From Octopus vulgaris (lineage: Eukaryota): DNA of 64,000 bases. Each line of letters starts with the position of its first letter. Position 1 is the first letter of the stretch. Location of the stretch: positions 85,870,001 to 85,934,000 of the forward strand of contig OX597820.1 of NCBI GenBank assembly GCA_951406725.2, read 5' to 3'. The position numbers were made by a program, and so were the translations under genes. This document shows positions 38,304-51,629 of this stretch, piece by piece. The notes beneath the pieces are model-generated. The model did not search any database. It was not told where the DNA came from and saw nothing but the letters and a program-made list of their open reading frames with translations.

Positions 38304-38476
38304 GCTGAGCGGCATTTCGTCTTTATTTTACGTTCTCTGTTCAAATTCCTCCGAGACGGACTTTGCCTTTCATTCTTTCGAGATCAATAAAGTAAAGTAC
38401 AAGTTGAGTACTGGGGTCAATGAAGTCGGCCTACCGCCTCCCACGAAATTACTGGCTTGTGCCAAAATTTGAAATC
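38304..38476 (+). mobile_element. SINE family B copy (5' truncated) with a trinucleotide-repeat tail
   Basis: gcggcatttcgtc...gttcaaattcc...gactttgcctttcat...ctggggtc...tgtgccaaaatttgaaa. Confidence 0.85.
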
Positions 38477-38504
38477 ATCATCATTATTATTATTATTATT
38501 ATTA

Positions 38505-38550
<46 letters not shown>

Positions 38551-38640
38551 GTTGTTGTTGTTGTTGTTATTGTTGTTGTTGTTGTTGTTGTTGCTGCTGT
38601 AGTCGTTGCTGTTGTTGGTGTTGTTATTGTTATTATTTAT
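38477..38640. repeat. (ATT)n-(GTT)n-(GCT)n microsatellite
   Basis: Directly visible. Confidence 0.95.
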
Positions 38641-39559
38641 TGTTTCCTTTCATCTTAACTTTATTTCATCTGCCTAAGTACCGAGCATCCTCCGGAGACA
38701 AAAATCAGCAAGGGCACCACACAACTTCACGAATGAAGAGAGATAAAACTGGGGAAGCACAAAACAAGCAGCGCAGCATACAAACTCCACCACATACAAG
38801 CATATAAACAAGGCACACAAACACGTACCAAACACTTAGGTACAGAGACGTGAAGGCACAGATGCATGCACAGGCATGGAAGCGTACCACAGAAAAACAA
38901 GAGGGACTATTCAGAATAAGGCCAGACAGAAGAGGAGACACAGAGAAGAAGAATAAATCTTTCAGAAGATCATTGAAGAGCTGAAGTGAAAGTCAAATAG
39001 TACGTGTGCTTATTGGCAAAGTGACCTTCCTCAAATATAACAATATTTGTTGAAACACAAGATTTCACATCGAAAACCATTCAAAACAATTATAGAATCA
39101 TAAACCACAATTATTTTCTTTTAATTATGAATTATTTGTGTATTAACTATGAATTGCTACTATATGAAATCACGAAACTGTAGTCAATCTCCGATGCTGG
39201 TAGAAAATTTTGTTACAACTAAGTTTATTCTGTTACTTGGTGGGGTCACACAGATGTCCCAAGAAAGTGTGCGGTTTAAACAATAACAGCTAACTCTAAT
39301 ACTGCGTTACTAACTCCTGCTATCTACTTATGACATTATGTTCCTAGTTTTACTTTACATTTGCGTTTTTCCCATTGATGTGCAATACATATTTTAATTA
39401 AAATACATTTATAAGGATAAAATTGTTTGAATACATACATATGCATATTAATTTCCAATTACATAAACACACACACACACACGTGCAGGTACATATATAC
39501 ATACATTTACAACTGATTCGTTTTGTGTCGAATCATGGCAGCGACCAATGTGAAAATAA

Positions 39560-39765
39560 TTTCAATACGGCCAAGGATTCTGGATTAATTTTTCTGTTTT
39601 TTAAAGTTAATTTTTGAGAGCGGTCGGGTTCATTTTTAGTATTCTTGTTTGTGAGAGTTAAGTTTATTTTAGATATTCTCATTTTAAAAAAATCACCTCT
39701 GGCTAGTCATTGAGAGGCCGTTGGTGTTGCCTCGGCGGAGGTTGGCGCTCTGTGAGTGCTTTTGA
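39560..39765 (+). mobile_element. 3' fragment of a Helentron/DINE-type non-autonomous element
   Basis: Ends gcctcggcggaggtt-gGCGCTC-tgt-GAGTGC-tttt, a subterminal ggcggagg motif followed by a short hairpin and T-run as in HINE/Helentron ends (from recall). Confidence 0.45.
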
Positions 39766-41113
39766 TATTATCCATTTTGTTCATATTGTACATATGTGTG
39801 TGCATTCATCATTATTTTATTTAGTCTGTTCAAACTTTAAAAAAAGGAAATATTTCCTTGACAATTCAGGAGCGTATTGAACACTTATTTTGGGCGTGAC
39901 TTTTCGCTCACGCTGTAGCTATATATTATACATGTAAATATAATTATGCTTCAGCAATCTAGTTTAGTAAATTGTTAAAATAATTCGTGTAATTTTAGGA
40001 AAGATGCTTAAATATATTTTTTCACATTCAAAATATTGGTGAGCAAGCAGCTAAAGAAAAAGAAGTCAACAACGCAAAAATCTTTTAACAGTATTGCGAG
40101 ACTATCAGGTAAATTTGTATCAGTTTCCATTAGGACTAGCAAAGATACGCATGCTACTGGAAGACGTGCAAATACTTTGTTTACATAACCTCACTAATAT
40201 CAGAAGAAACTACTCTAAATAAATAATATAAAAAACATAATATTCCAGGGTGATAGTTCTCTTAATGCTGCCCTTGTTCGTTGCGAACGCCGCCTCAATT
40301 CTGCAGAGAATGCCACAAGAATCCCACATAACTGAGCAATGGAGTTAGGTCAACATGTATTGACAAACAGAGTAGGAATATGGTTAACAATGACCTATCT
40401 GTATGGGAAATTTCCAGTTATGAATTACAAACGTAACTCGAAATAGATACATATGTTACGCGAGTTGGTGAAATATGTAAATTAAAGCGCAAAAGGTATT
40501 TTTCAGCTCACGTTGAAAGTTGTGAAAACCAGAGCTGTCCCCAGTCATTAAGACCTAAAACGCTTTTGCTGTACCAGTTCCAGTAGTAACATTTCTAATT
40601 CTAAACTCGGCAGATAAAGAGATCCATAATGTGGACGTCAATATATATAGGAGATATGACAGACAATAGATAACTTTCAACTCAACAGCCACTTTTGATG
40701 TTAGAAGGATACTTGGAGCATACGGGTCAGGTAAGTAGAAAGTATGAAACTTTTAAACATTTGCTTGCCTTGTGGTGTGTAACAAACAAATCTCAAAATA
40801 AAATCCAGCAGTTTTAAAACAGGACTATTTCAGTGGGCTATATAGATATAAAACGGAGAGTCACACTTGGAGCATAAAAATTAATTGTGTAGATAGATAT
40901 TCAAGATATTCAAGATATTCAAGTTACAGATTGCCAAATACATTCCTTCACATGCCCAGTTGTTATACAGCGTCTCTGCTCGTTCTATATTTCTTTCTCT
41001 TACATATATATATATATATACGTTGGCGCGATGATGGTAGATTTTGAAAGTTTAGAGTATATATTCCAGAGGCATCGATGCTGTTGCCTCGTGGAATATA
41101 TACTCCCCCTGGC

Positions 41114-41221
41114 TTCTTCGCCGATGAGAAGGGCCAGTGGTAAATTGATTTAATTAAATTTAATTTAATTTAATTGAACTGGTTTACAAAAAGGACGTCG
41201 AAACTATGCATAGTCCAAAGA
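41114..41221 (+). ncRNA. Type I hammerhead-like motif with 12-nt palindromic stem III and long AT-rich stem II
   Basis: UUCUUCG-CCGAUGA(41121)-GA..GGCCAGU...ACUGGUU...UC-GAAA(41200)-CUAUGCAUAG-UC-CAAAGA. ACUAUGCAUAGU is a perfect palindrome, the site is GUC, and stem I has 5 of 6 pairs. Confidence 0.65.
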
Positions 41222-41479
41222 TGATAAGGGTAACTGTTTTTAACTTTCCTTTGATTTCTGAATTACTACTATTTAGCGGTTTGAGTTTGGCTGCTCGTTT
41301 TAGTGAGTTGAATGGCCTATTAAGGCCATTCCTTAATATTATTGTTGAATGTACATTATATAGTTTGTTGACTATTTTTTCTTTCTCACTAGACCGCTGG
41401 TGGCGAAAAAATTTCTCTTGAATTTTTTGCTACCTTTATATTGATTATATATATATATATATATATTCTCTGAACCCTT

Positions 41480-41975
41480 TATTACTATTTGATAATTGTA
41501 TTTCCTCCCAGTAAAAAAACGTAGCATCTTATTTTGGCAACACGCTGGTGGACAGGGGAAGGTGACTTACTTTCATTCACCCTTTGAATTTGGCAGTACT
41601 GGCAGGACTTACGCTCTCTCTGATACCATGAGTTGAGGTGATGTCTTCTAGTGCCTTCAAATTTAATACACAATTATTAATAATTGAGACGCAATTATTT
41701 ATAATTGAAGACTCCTACGCTGAGGAGGAAAATAGTCAGGTAAGACATAATAATTTATTTTTTATGTTCTACAATGACTTAATTCCGAAACGTACGTCAG
41801 TAGGTAACTTAATATAGAATGATCTTCGTCATTTCTTTCTCTTTTACCTGCGTTGTTTGTTTTTAGGTGCTTTGGTTTTACTTGGATCTCCCTTTTAAGT
41901 AGAAAGAATAGCCCAAACTTTTTGACTGCTATTTCTAAATTCGGTGTGTGGTGAGGCAAATCGTTGCTGAACCAT
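41480..41975 (-). mobile_element. Highly decayed PLE linker/endonuclease remnant
   Basis: Minus-strand fragments DYFPPQRR / VFNYK*LRLNY (compare KHFP...IFNxNxLKxSY) and WYQRERKSCQYCQ (compare PYxxxxKxCxLC). Adjacent to an HHR. Confidence 0.4.
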
Positions 41976-41987
41976 TAATTACTTAGT

Positions 41988-42167
<180 letters not shown>

Positions 42168-42189
42168 GTACACACACATCTATATCACA

Positions 42190-42466
42190 TGATTGACTAG
42201 CTTATCGGATATGTAGTTATACATAGCTGGATCTTTATTCCCAATGCGCCTTGCATCGTTGTAGCTTTCGAACGACGCCAATCGGCTGTATTGGAAAGCA
42301 GGCCTACATTTCCCCCGATCAGAACGCAAGTACGTCACATGGTCTCCCATTTGCACCTGCGTCAACTGGCACAACGTGAAATGAAGTGTTTTGCCCAAGA
42401 GACAAAACGCACTGCCTGTCTGGGAATCGAAACGACGATCTATTAACCGTGAGTGCTCCGCGCACC
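42190..42466 (-). mobile_element. tRNA-derived SINE, family C
   Basis: The minus strand has a B-box (gtttcgattccc) followed by cttgggcaaaacactt...ccagttgacgcaggtgcaaatggg. Its 3' part is related to 2681-2800 and 43706-43815. Confidence 0.65.
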
Positions 42467-42505
42467 ATTGTATATCTGTCTAATTATCTATCTGTCTATC
42501 TGTGT

Positions 42506-42589
<84 letters not shown>

Positions 42590-43705
42590 TGTGCGGAGGT
42601 GCGTGGGGGTTGTTGCATTACATATTTATATCTTGTATATACATTTGTATATAGTGAACTTGTGTATATACATTTTGCTTTATTCTGCAGCATAGATATT
42701 TTCCTGTTGTTTGTTCCGACAAACCTATACCCAGTCGTGTGCTCTTTTGTGTATTAGTGCGTCATGTGTATACATGTGTGTGTGTGTGGGTGTGTGCGGG
42801 TGTGTGTGTGCGTATGTGCGTGTGTTTGTATATACGTATGCATACTTGAGTATGTATGTATGTATGTATGTATGTATAATATATGATATTTGATATTTGA
42901 TATATGATAAATGCGTCGTAGTATTTCTACGCGCTCTAATTAGGCTGGCAAACAAGATACTTTTGATGTTCATTCCTATTCACTACTATTGATGATTTCA
43001 ACTCATCAGGGAAGAACCGACTTCCGATGAACAGTTATCACTGTTACGTTGAGTTACTAGAAGGCATTGGAAATAGGATTAGCTGGGATTGGTTCAGCTA
43101 CTTCATAATAAACTTAATTTCAGTATAGGATTCCCTGCTGGCACCATTCGAGGCAAGTGAACATCTCATTATTACCCAAGGCGGCTCATTAACGTTCATA
43201 TCACAGTGCTATTGAATTATTACGACAAGAGAGTATTGAAGACCATTAATATATTTGAGTTTGTGTATGCGAGGGTGCGTGTGTATACGTGTGTGTACGT
43301 GTGTGTGTGTGTTTTACGGGGTAAATTGAACTCTGTATTATCACATATATATGTCACAGTGTGATTGTTTAGTGCATTATATCATATCGTATATGTGTCT
43401 GTGTCTGCGTATAAACGCAGCTATATATGTATATGCATGAATGTAAATACACACATATGCACCCATATATAAATGCGTGTGCGTGTGTACCACGTATATA
43501 ATGTATTTACCAACACAGAAGCGTACATAAACATGTTTATTCGGTTTTTCCTGTAATACACCTGTCTCAAATAGCTTCATTGTAAGCAACACACTACACT
43601 GTTGCGAAATAAATTATATATGAGTGTGTATGGCGGTGCATATCTGTGTGTGTGTGTGTGTGTGTTTGTGTCTGTGTGTGTGCGAAAGTATGTAATGTGT
43701 GAGTA

Positions 43706-43815
43706 TTACTGTATCGGCCTGACTATCAGATGTTGTTATACACCGCTGGTCACAATGCGCTTTTCGCATGCTTGTTGCTTTCAAATGATACCACAGTGTT
43801 GGCTATGTCGGCATG
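43706..43815 (-). mobile_element. 3' part of SINE family C
   Basis: ctatcagatgttgttatacaccgctggtcacaatgcgctt is shared with 2707-2747. Confidence 0.6.
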
Positions 43816-44110
43816 TTCAGTATGTGTATATTATGTATGTATATATGCATTCCCCACGTACGTGTTTATCTTCTGAATATGCCGTTGCTATTATACAAAA
43901 GTGTCGTATGTCCAAAACGTTACCTTTTCAGAAAACGAAAAAAATAGTTTTATCATTCCATAGCAAAAGCGTTGTACTACACTTGGACGATTTTCTTATG
44001 TCTTGGCATGTGAAGCAACTATTGTAGATTATGTTGCTGACCGGTAGAGCTGACATTTACATCTGTATAAGTATGTATGTATATTTATATATATATATAT
44101 ATATATATAT

Positions 44111-44149
<39 letters not shown>

Positions 44150-44373
44150 AAGTCTATTCATGTTTATTTGCACTCACCTGAATTTCTATTGTAACCAATC
44201 TTTACTCCGTGGACCTAGTCCTCGGTAAAGACTTCGCTCTTCAACTCATTTGATCACTGCTACATATTTTCTATATTGAGCATCTCTAGATTTCAAATGT
44301 TGAAGACATATACGTATACATGTGTGCGTGAATGTGTGTGCGTATGTGTGTGTACGTATGTGTGTGTATGCAT

Positions 44374-44401
44374 ATAGATAGATAGATAGACAGAAAGATA
44401 A

Positions 44402-44494
<93 letters not shown>

Positions 44495-44503
44495 AAGATA
44501 GAT
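44374..44503. repeat. (GATA)n microsatellite
   Basis: Directly visible. Confidence 0.95.
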
Positions 44504-45264
44504 TATATAATTATATATAATTATATAGAAACAATGTCTAGTGTTGTGTTCAAATTTTCTTTGTACCATTGTATTACATGTTTGGAATTCAAAGACTAAA
44601 ATGCGCTATTACTTTTTGCTTTTTTCGATAACACAACGCAGTATTTCATGTAAGCAAAAGCCTTTGCCTCTGTGCATTTGATTGTGTCCCTGTTTGTTTG
44701 TTCTTGTGCGTGCACCTCAGTGAGTACACATGTGTAGACGTGCATATGAAAGTCTATTCTGAGCTTCACCTTCCGTCTAGGCTATGGCGGAAATCAGATT
44801 GGTTAGTTAAATGCCTGACTCATAAACATATCTGTTGCTTCTATCCAGCCTACTGAGTTTTACATTAGAAAATGTTTGCAATGTTTAAAATACGTTGTAA
44901 TACATTTTAGCTTCAAATTTTGGTACAAAGACAGTAGTTTAGGGCGAGGGGCCTGAGTGGATTAAATCAACATCTGCGCTTATCTAGTACTTATTTTAGA
45001 AACCCCAGAACATAAATACGCGATGATGATTCTGCCTGTTTGTTGCTTTATATATTGTAAAGTGTATTACATGACTTACAATATATATGTAACAATGTGT
45101 TCACACTAACACATTAAGCCAAAATGACGTTACTTAAAATTGAATAGTAGTGAGGAAAACTATCCTGATTTTTCAAACTTGTCTTTGTCAGAACCAAGCA
45201 TCGTGATTATAAGCCCCATCAAATTTCCAACCCTGAACATTTAAGTAATGCTATTCTAATCATA

Positions 45265-45478
45265 ACATTGGTTTCAAATTTTGGCACAAGGCCAGCAAGT
45301 TTGTGGAGGGGGTTAGTCGATTCCATTAACCCCAGGACTCAACTGGTACTTATTTTACCGACCCCGAAAGGATGAAAGACAAAGTCAACCTCGGCAGAAT
45401 TTGAACTCAGAAAGTGACGACGGACAAAATGTCTGTCAGCATTTCGTCAGCTGTGCTAACAAATATGCCTGCTCGCCG
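45265..45478 (-). mobile_element. Full-length SINE family B
   Basis: Minus strand: ggcgagcaggca...gttagcac...gagttcaaattc (B box)...ctttcatcctttcggggtc...gccttgtgccaaaatttgaaacc. Confidence 0.9.
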
Positions 45479-46729
45479 ACTTATGGTGATCCTATTATTA
45501 ATCTAAATAAATAACTTTTTTATCTTATTTGTATACCAGTCAATTCTACTGTTGTATTTCTCTGTATATGTTTCTGGGAGAGTGCGTGTGCCTTTGTGCG
45601 CACGCGCTTGAGCATATGCGTTTACGTGTGTGTGTGTGCATGCTTGTGTGTGCGCGCGTAAATACACATATTTATACATATATACATATTAGTCAGTCCG
45701 TTGACGCCAGTACTCTGGATATTGTCGATCAGCTTTCGATAATCCACGCTGTGATGTAGTCTACAACAATTGATCTCCTCATGTCCTGCTTGGCCTTAAG
45801 ACAGAGCATATCGAAGACACAGTTAATAAATTATAACAGTTAGTGTTCTTTTCCTTTTTCATTGTCGTATCTGTTTGAACTCTACTACTAATTTAAATCT
45901 GAAATATCTACTTCCTGTCATGTATTTCGTTATAACTTATATATTGGCAAGAAGGATACATTAAAACACTTCAATTGTCTTCTATAGTCAAAACTTACTA
46001 TAGTCTGCAAGTGCTATCTGGTTACCTTGTTACGGAATGGGATTACCAGCGTCCGTATCCAGTTTTTTTAGTCATATTTGTATTTCAGTTTTGTATTTCA
46101 GCACATTACATGCTCTTATCTTGCCACTATGACCTCTGTGTTAATACCATCTGCACTGAAATATGACATGCGCTTTCCAGTTTCTCATTCCTTTATTACA
46201 TTTTCTCTTTTCCCTTTAACTAATTAGGTAGAGTGTCTGGAATTTCTGATATTGTTTTTGTATTGTGAAAATGTGGAGTTTCAAAACTCCTTTGTCTTAG
46301 TTTTGGGTACAGATTGGTAACATCTGTGACTTATTTAGTCTTGAAACATCTTAATATTCATTTTGTTCTGTATGATTTTACTATACTTTATTTTCATTAG
46401 TGTTTGGTCTACTTCTTAGCTTTGGAACGGATATTACGGTTTGCGCTGTTTGACATTCCTATTCTGGATTTTTGCCATTTTCCGAAATATTGTATTTGTG
46501 ATAATAGGCCTGGCACTTATTTCGTACCTTGAAGGCGACAGTCTCTTATCATATGATTAATCTATAACAACCTAGTGCTGTAGTAAGCATGTGAAAGCTT
46601 CCTTTATATGTATTTCAAATTTTCAAAACAAGTATGATTAGGCATTCTTTCTTTTGCATTTATTTTACAGTATATTGGTTTGTTATAATTTGTATAATTA
46701 TTTCACTTTTTGTGGCCTGTCGCGGTCTT

Positions 46730-47048
46730 GGGTGTATATTTCTTAAATGACCCATTCGTACCTCGGTGTGAAATAATTTTCTCGATATGTTTTCTCGAGT
46801 GCATTCAACGTATCTCAACACCAGACCTGCCGCAAACAACTTTCTTCCCGAAAAGAGGAGGGCGGAGGGGTGGTGGGCATTTGGAGTTTCCCAGGAAACT
46901 CCGAGGTCCCCACCACTTCTCCCTTTTCCGGAAGAAAGACGCTTGCGGCGGCTTTCGAAGTCAGATACATTGAATGCACTGGAAAAAAAGGTGTGAAAAA
47001 ATTATTTCCCATCGAGGTACGAATATGTCCTTTTCGAAATATTTACCT
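46730..47048. mobile_element. Fold-back / MITE-like element that is one imperfect palindrome of about 320 bp
   Basis: Arms pair from attcgtacctcg/cgaggtacgaat through agtgcattcaa/ttgaatgcact, gccgcaa/ttgcggc and ctttcttcc/ggaagaaag to the centre ggagtttcc-ca-ggaaactcc (46883-46902). Confidence 0.85.
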
Positions 47049-47060
47049 ACTTTTTAATAA

Positions 47061-47380
47061 TTAAAATATTGTTTGTTTCAAAGAAAGCTGAAATATAAAT
47101 ACTCACTGTACAAGCAATCTGTGTTTTTTAGGTCATTTTCACTTTAAAATATTTTTAGAATATGCCTACAAAAGTTTTTGTAATGGTATCCATTTGAAAA
47201 TATTATTTTTAAAATTGAAATATTGTCTGTTTAAAGAAAGTTAAAATGTAAATACTTACTGTACAAACAACTTGTATTTATGAAATCACATCGACTTAAA
47301 CGTATTTTTGATTACAATATTGTGTTTAACAAAAGCGAAAATAGAAACATTTACTGTAAAAACAACTCGTACATTTTCGT
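47061..47380 (+). repeat. Three diverged direct copies of a unit of about 68 bp (near 47061, 47215, 47312)
   Basis: aatattgt.tgttt..aagaaag.t.aaat.taaatact.actgtacaa.caa recurs three times. Confidence 0.75.
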
Positions 47381-48121
47381 TGTCAAGTTAAAGTCACTAA
47401 AACTTTCTTGCCTAGACAATGATCATAATCGAACGGTTAGAGATTCTTCCCTTTCAGAGTTAAGTTATTTTCGGAGTATTTTCCGATTATGCACCGTTTT
47501 GGGTATTTATGAATCCCCCCAAAATCCCCATATCTCAGGGATCTATTGTCCGGTTTACGCGAAACTTGTTTCATTCTGTTTGTATTCACATTTCAGTGGT
47601 GCCTTAATACATAGTATTTTGCTATTATGCACCAGATTGGCTGTATTAAATGACAGAAAAGCAAGCGAGCAAGCAATCAGAGAGTTTTAGAAGTAAATAG
47701 ATAGATAGATATGTGTGTGTGAGTGTACGTGTGTGTGTATGTGTGTGCGTGTACACATATCTATATGTAATTCATAAGCGTATCTTCAACAAAATATAGT
47801 TTGTTGCACTAATGACTATGGTTTAAATAGTTTGCTTCACTCTCATACATGTCCTTGAGTTCTTTCTTATAAGTGACCTTACATAGATTCTTTTCAATGT
47901 AACAACTCCTTGAATATTACTTCTCTCTCTCACTGTGTCACTCTCCTCCACGTATCTCCCCTCTCCCTCTTTCTCACTTTTCCTCTCTCTCCCTCTCCCT
48001 TCTCTCTCTCTCTTAGATTTTTCTTTCACTCTCTCGCTCGTTATATATATATATATGCTCCAGAATGGCCGAAATCAAATGACTGAAACGTGCAAAAGAA
48101 TAGAAGTGTAACAGAATATAT

Positions 48122-48290
48122 ACATAGTTGACATTTATAGAAAAACAAAATACGAAGACAGGTGTATAAACAATAAACAGGTGTATTAATTTAATGTTCT
48201 GGAAGGGGAGAAAGTCTTTTACATTTTGAACCTACGCTCTTCAACAGAAAGAAAGACGGGGAATTAAGGAGCGAGTATAAAAAAAACTTT
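48122..48290 (-). mobile_element. Third PLE pseudo-LTR copy of the U6-HHR family
   Basis: acaggtgtat...ggtgtatta...gagaaagtcttttaca..ttgaacctacgctcttcaacagaaag matches 2810-2970. The HHR remnant CUGUUGA-A-GAGC-GUAG-GUUC-AAAA has G12 mutated. Confidence 0.75.
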
Positions 48291-48382
48291 TGGAGCTAGC
48301 TATGCATACTCGCTTACGTACAAACGTAAATACATGCAGACGTATATACATATATTCATACGTACATATGCATATACCTCTT

Positions 48383-48464
<82 letters not shown>

Positions 48465-48972
48465 TTTTAACATGAATATATGTTTGTGCGCTTCTGAGTT
48501 TGTCCACGTGCCTGTGAGTACGTGAGTGCAAACATGCGTCATTTTGTTTCTGTGTGATACTGAATAAGTAACATTGATAGTGAATGGATACACGTTTAAT
48601 GAGATCGAGAGATTTTCGGAAAAACGTTATATTATAACTTGTATGGAGTAACTCTAACAAGGAATAATATAATTAAAGTAACTGATTTAAGTTCAGTAGA
48701 ACCTGCAACGCTAATGAAATTAAAACTTAGAAGCTTTGATATGTTATGTCATACCAACCTCCATATATATATATACTAAATGATATAATAATTTTAGCAA
48801 AATACAGTGGTTGAATGTTATTGGATTTGTCAGGAATACTTAGCAAAATTACCAGGATTTTGCAACCGTTGTAAATAAATCATCATATACACAATAAAGC
48901 GCAAAGGTAAATTCATATCCATATGCGTTTATATGTGTGAGTATATGTGTGTATGTGCATATATAGCAAGTC

Positions 48973-49012
<40 letters not shown>

Positions 49013-49129
49013 GCATGTAAAGATACCTTTATGCGTATAGGATTTCACATACATGCGGAATGTGATGAAATGCAATTTTAATTAAGTTAAATGCCTACGG
49101 AAACCAATATGAATATCTAATGGCCTTTA

Positions 49130-49182
<53 letters not shown>

Positions 49183-49236
49183 GAGTGGTGTGGTCTGAAG
49201 CGCAAAAGACAAACCCATATCGATATGCGTTTATAT

Positions 49237-49281
<45 letters not shown>

Positions 49282-50509
49282 CGTGTGTGTGCGTGTGTGG
49301 TGTGGTCTGAAGTGAGATATTTTCGGCGGGCGACATGGCTTCAGTGACATAACTCTAATTTTTTTTAAAGTAAAATTAAATTTTACGAGAAGAGGGACAA
49401 AACGTGAGTGGTATTGTTAGACACTCTCAAAGAAAAGTGACGTGTTTGTGTTACAGATATGCCGGAGCCTCCTTAGACTACATAATTTTTCCAAATTTGT
49501 TTTGTTCTGTTTTAAAAAATTATTGGGTTGTCAAACAAATTCCGATGATGTTTGAAGTAACACAAGACATATTTTGTCGTGTTTTTGTTTTTTTTATTCT
49601 GGCTATATTCTTCCTCTAAAACGACTGCTTATCGTTTTGAGGATTGAATAAGTATTAAGTCTTTCCAAAAATAGAAGGTTTTTGGGATAAATTTGAATCT
49701 GGGCTTTGGCAATAGATAGGTGTTGTCGTCACCACCATAGTGTCGGTCCCTGAAATAAAGACCTTTGCTACCACTCGTACAAAAGGTGTAAGCATTAAAT
49801 TCTGACACTCAAGGCTAAGGAGAACCCCTTGAAAAAACTCTCGAGCAAGCGGAGGCATTCTGTTCAAGTGGAGTTTATCTGGTTCTTCTCACATAAAGAG
49901 ACGTCTGCCAGGGCCAAATGTACAAAACCCAGGACAACAGCTAACTTTCCAATAATCTACGTTATGTCCCACGTATCAAACAAAGCTCCCTCCAACGTGT
50001 GATGCTCTTTGAGTGACTCCCCAGTGAGTGAAGATTGTGATAATTCCTGACTGGAAATGGTTGCTGTTAGTTGGTAATACGCGTGGCAGCCGGATTCGTT
50101 TACTTGTCATAACTCTGGGAAGTGTCAGAGTTAGGTGACGAACAATTTCTTTGACTTCACCAGTCCCAATTTCAGGCCACCTAATTTCTCTGATTGTAAC
50201 CCCATGCATTAGTATGAGTGGGGTGCGATTGAGGAAGCCACCAACAGCTCTGCTTGCAACACGAACGCTGAGCTGATAGCTAAGATATAAGTGTTTTTCC
50301 CAGAGACACAGTATGTGATCGCTTCCAAAGACGTCTAGAAGCTAGGGTGGCAATTGGAGGCGGCTACTCCGAGTAAAGTGTTATCTCCCATTCATAATCA
50401 AGATAATAATTTTTTTTTAATTTTTAAAAGCAGTTTTATTTTTGCATAAGATATTTTGCTTTCTTTTTTGTTTTATGCAAACTGTAAAATTTAGCCTAAA
50501 CATCCTATT

Positions 50510-51118
50510 TGAAGTTGAAGTGATAGCTAGAAAAAAATCAGCATTTAATATACCTGCTACTCTTCGTTTTCAGTCAAGGCATGAAAGCTTCCACTGTCAT
50601 TCGGAACATTTGTGCTGTGGACACGGAAAGCATTATTGCTGGAAGAACTGCACTGATATGGCTTTTCCAGCTCACAGTTTCTCCATGCTCTGGTCGAAAA
50701 TCTTCAATTCAATGAAGTTCGATCAAAACAGCTCTTTCATGAGCTTCCACTGGGAAAATAGCCCTGTAGATGGAATGTTCTTAGGAAACTGTTGCCTGTC
50801 AACTTCCCGCGAAAGGGAAGGTCCAAAAACTCGGTGCATGTGTACCACACACTCTGAACAAACGAGGCAACTCCGGCGTTCTTCCATCAATCTCACGTTG
50901 CTCGACCGAAAACAAGCCATTTGTGGATTTATATACTGCATGGTCAGCGAAAGTGAAAAATAACATTTAACGTCAGTATGAAGCAGAGGAAAGTATTGCT
51001 GATGCCTGACAAATAAACAACAACTCGGGTCACGTCAGAGCTACATCTACGGAAGACAGTGATCTAATTTTGTTGGAATTATGAAGAACTAATCTATTAT
51101 AAAATGCTTGAAAACAAC
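50510..51118 (+). pseudogene. Decayed mariner transposase
   Basis: NQHLIYLLLFVFSQGMKASTVIRNICAVD...RTALIWL, GKVQKLGACVPHTL (WVPHEL motif), MVSESEK* (IVTxDEKW) and KTVI*FCWNYEELIYYKMLENN. Confidence 0.8.
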
Positions 51119-51629
51119 CTAGGAGTTAATCCAAAGCTTCCTGCTCTTCAAGTGCACCAGTTCAGCAAGTCAACACTGCTAAAATGACCCGACAGGGGAC
51201 ACAGCGTCCTTGTTCCCACGTCACTAATTTCACCAGATGTGCTATTTCAGTACATGGTTTGAATTTCTAAAGCACTTATCGTCGTCTCCCGATATAGTGC
51301 ATTCCGATTATTCTCTTTCTCTCCAACTGTATGTTCGGCGTTTGTTCTGCATTGATGTGGAACTGAAAATGTGATTTCATGAATTCTTCGCGCCAAGACC
51401 TGTCATTTTAAGGTCAAGGCATTGACAAGCTAGCGAAGCGTTGGTAAGCAGTATTATATAATGAAGGGAAATATATTTTAGGCTGGTTTGTTAAAATTGT
51501 TGATGAAAAATATAGAAAATATATAGAAGAAGCGAAAGAATTTATCCAACAACGCACTAATTTATCTATTAACATTTAATTAGGAATAATTTTGATAAGT
51601 ATAATTTATATAATTACAAAATATCCATT

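Noticed and set aside
42990-43012. Minus-strand CUGAUGA-GUU-GAAA-UCA-UC
   Set aside because: Only 3 nt lie between the core segments, so stem II cannot form, and stem I does not pair.
50442-50963. 173-aa Cys-rich ORF
   Set aside because: Largely an alternative-frame reading of the decayed mariner transposase.
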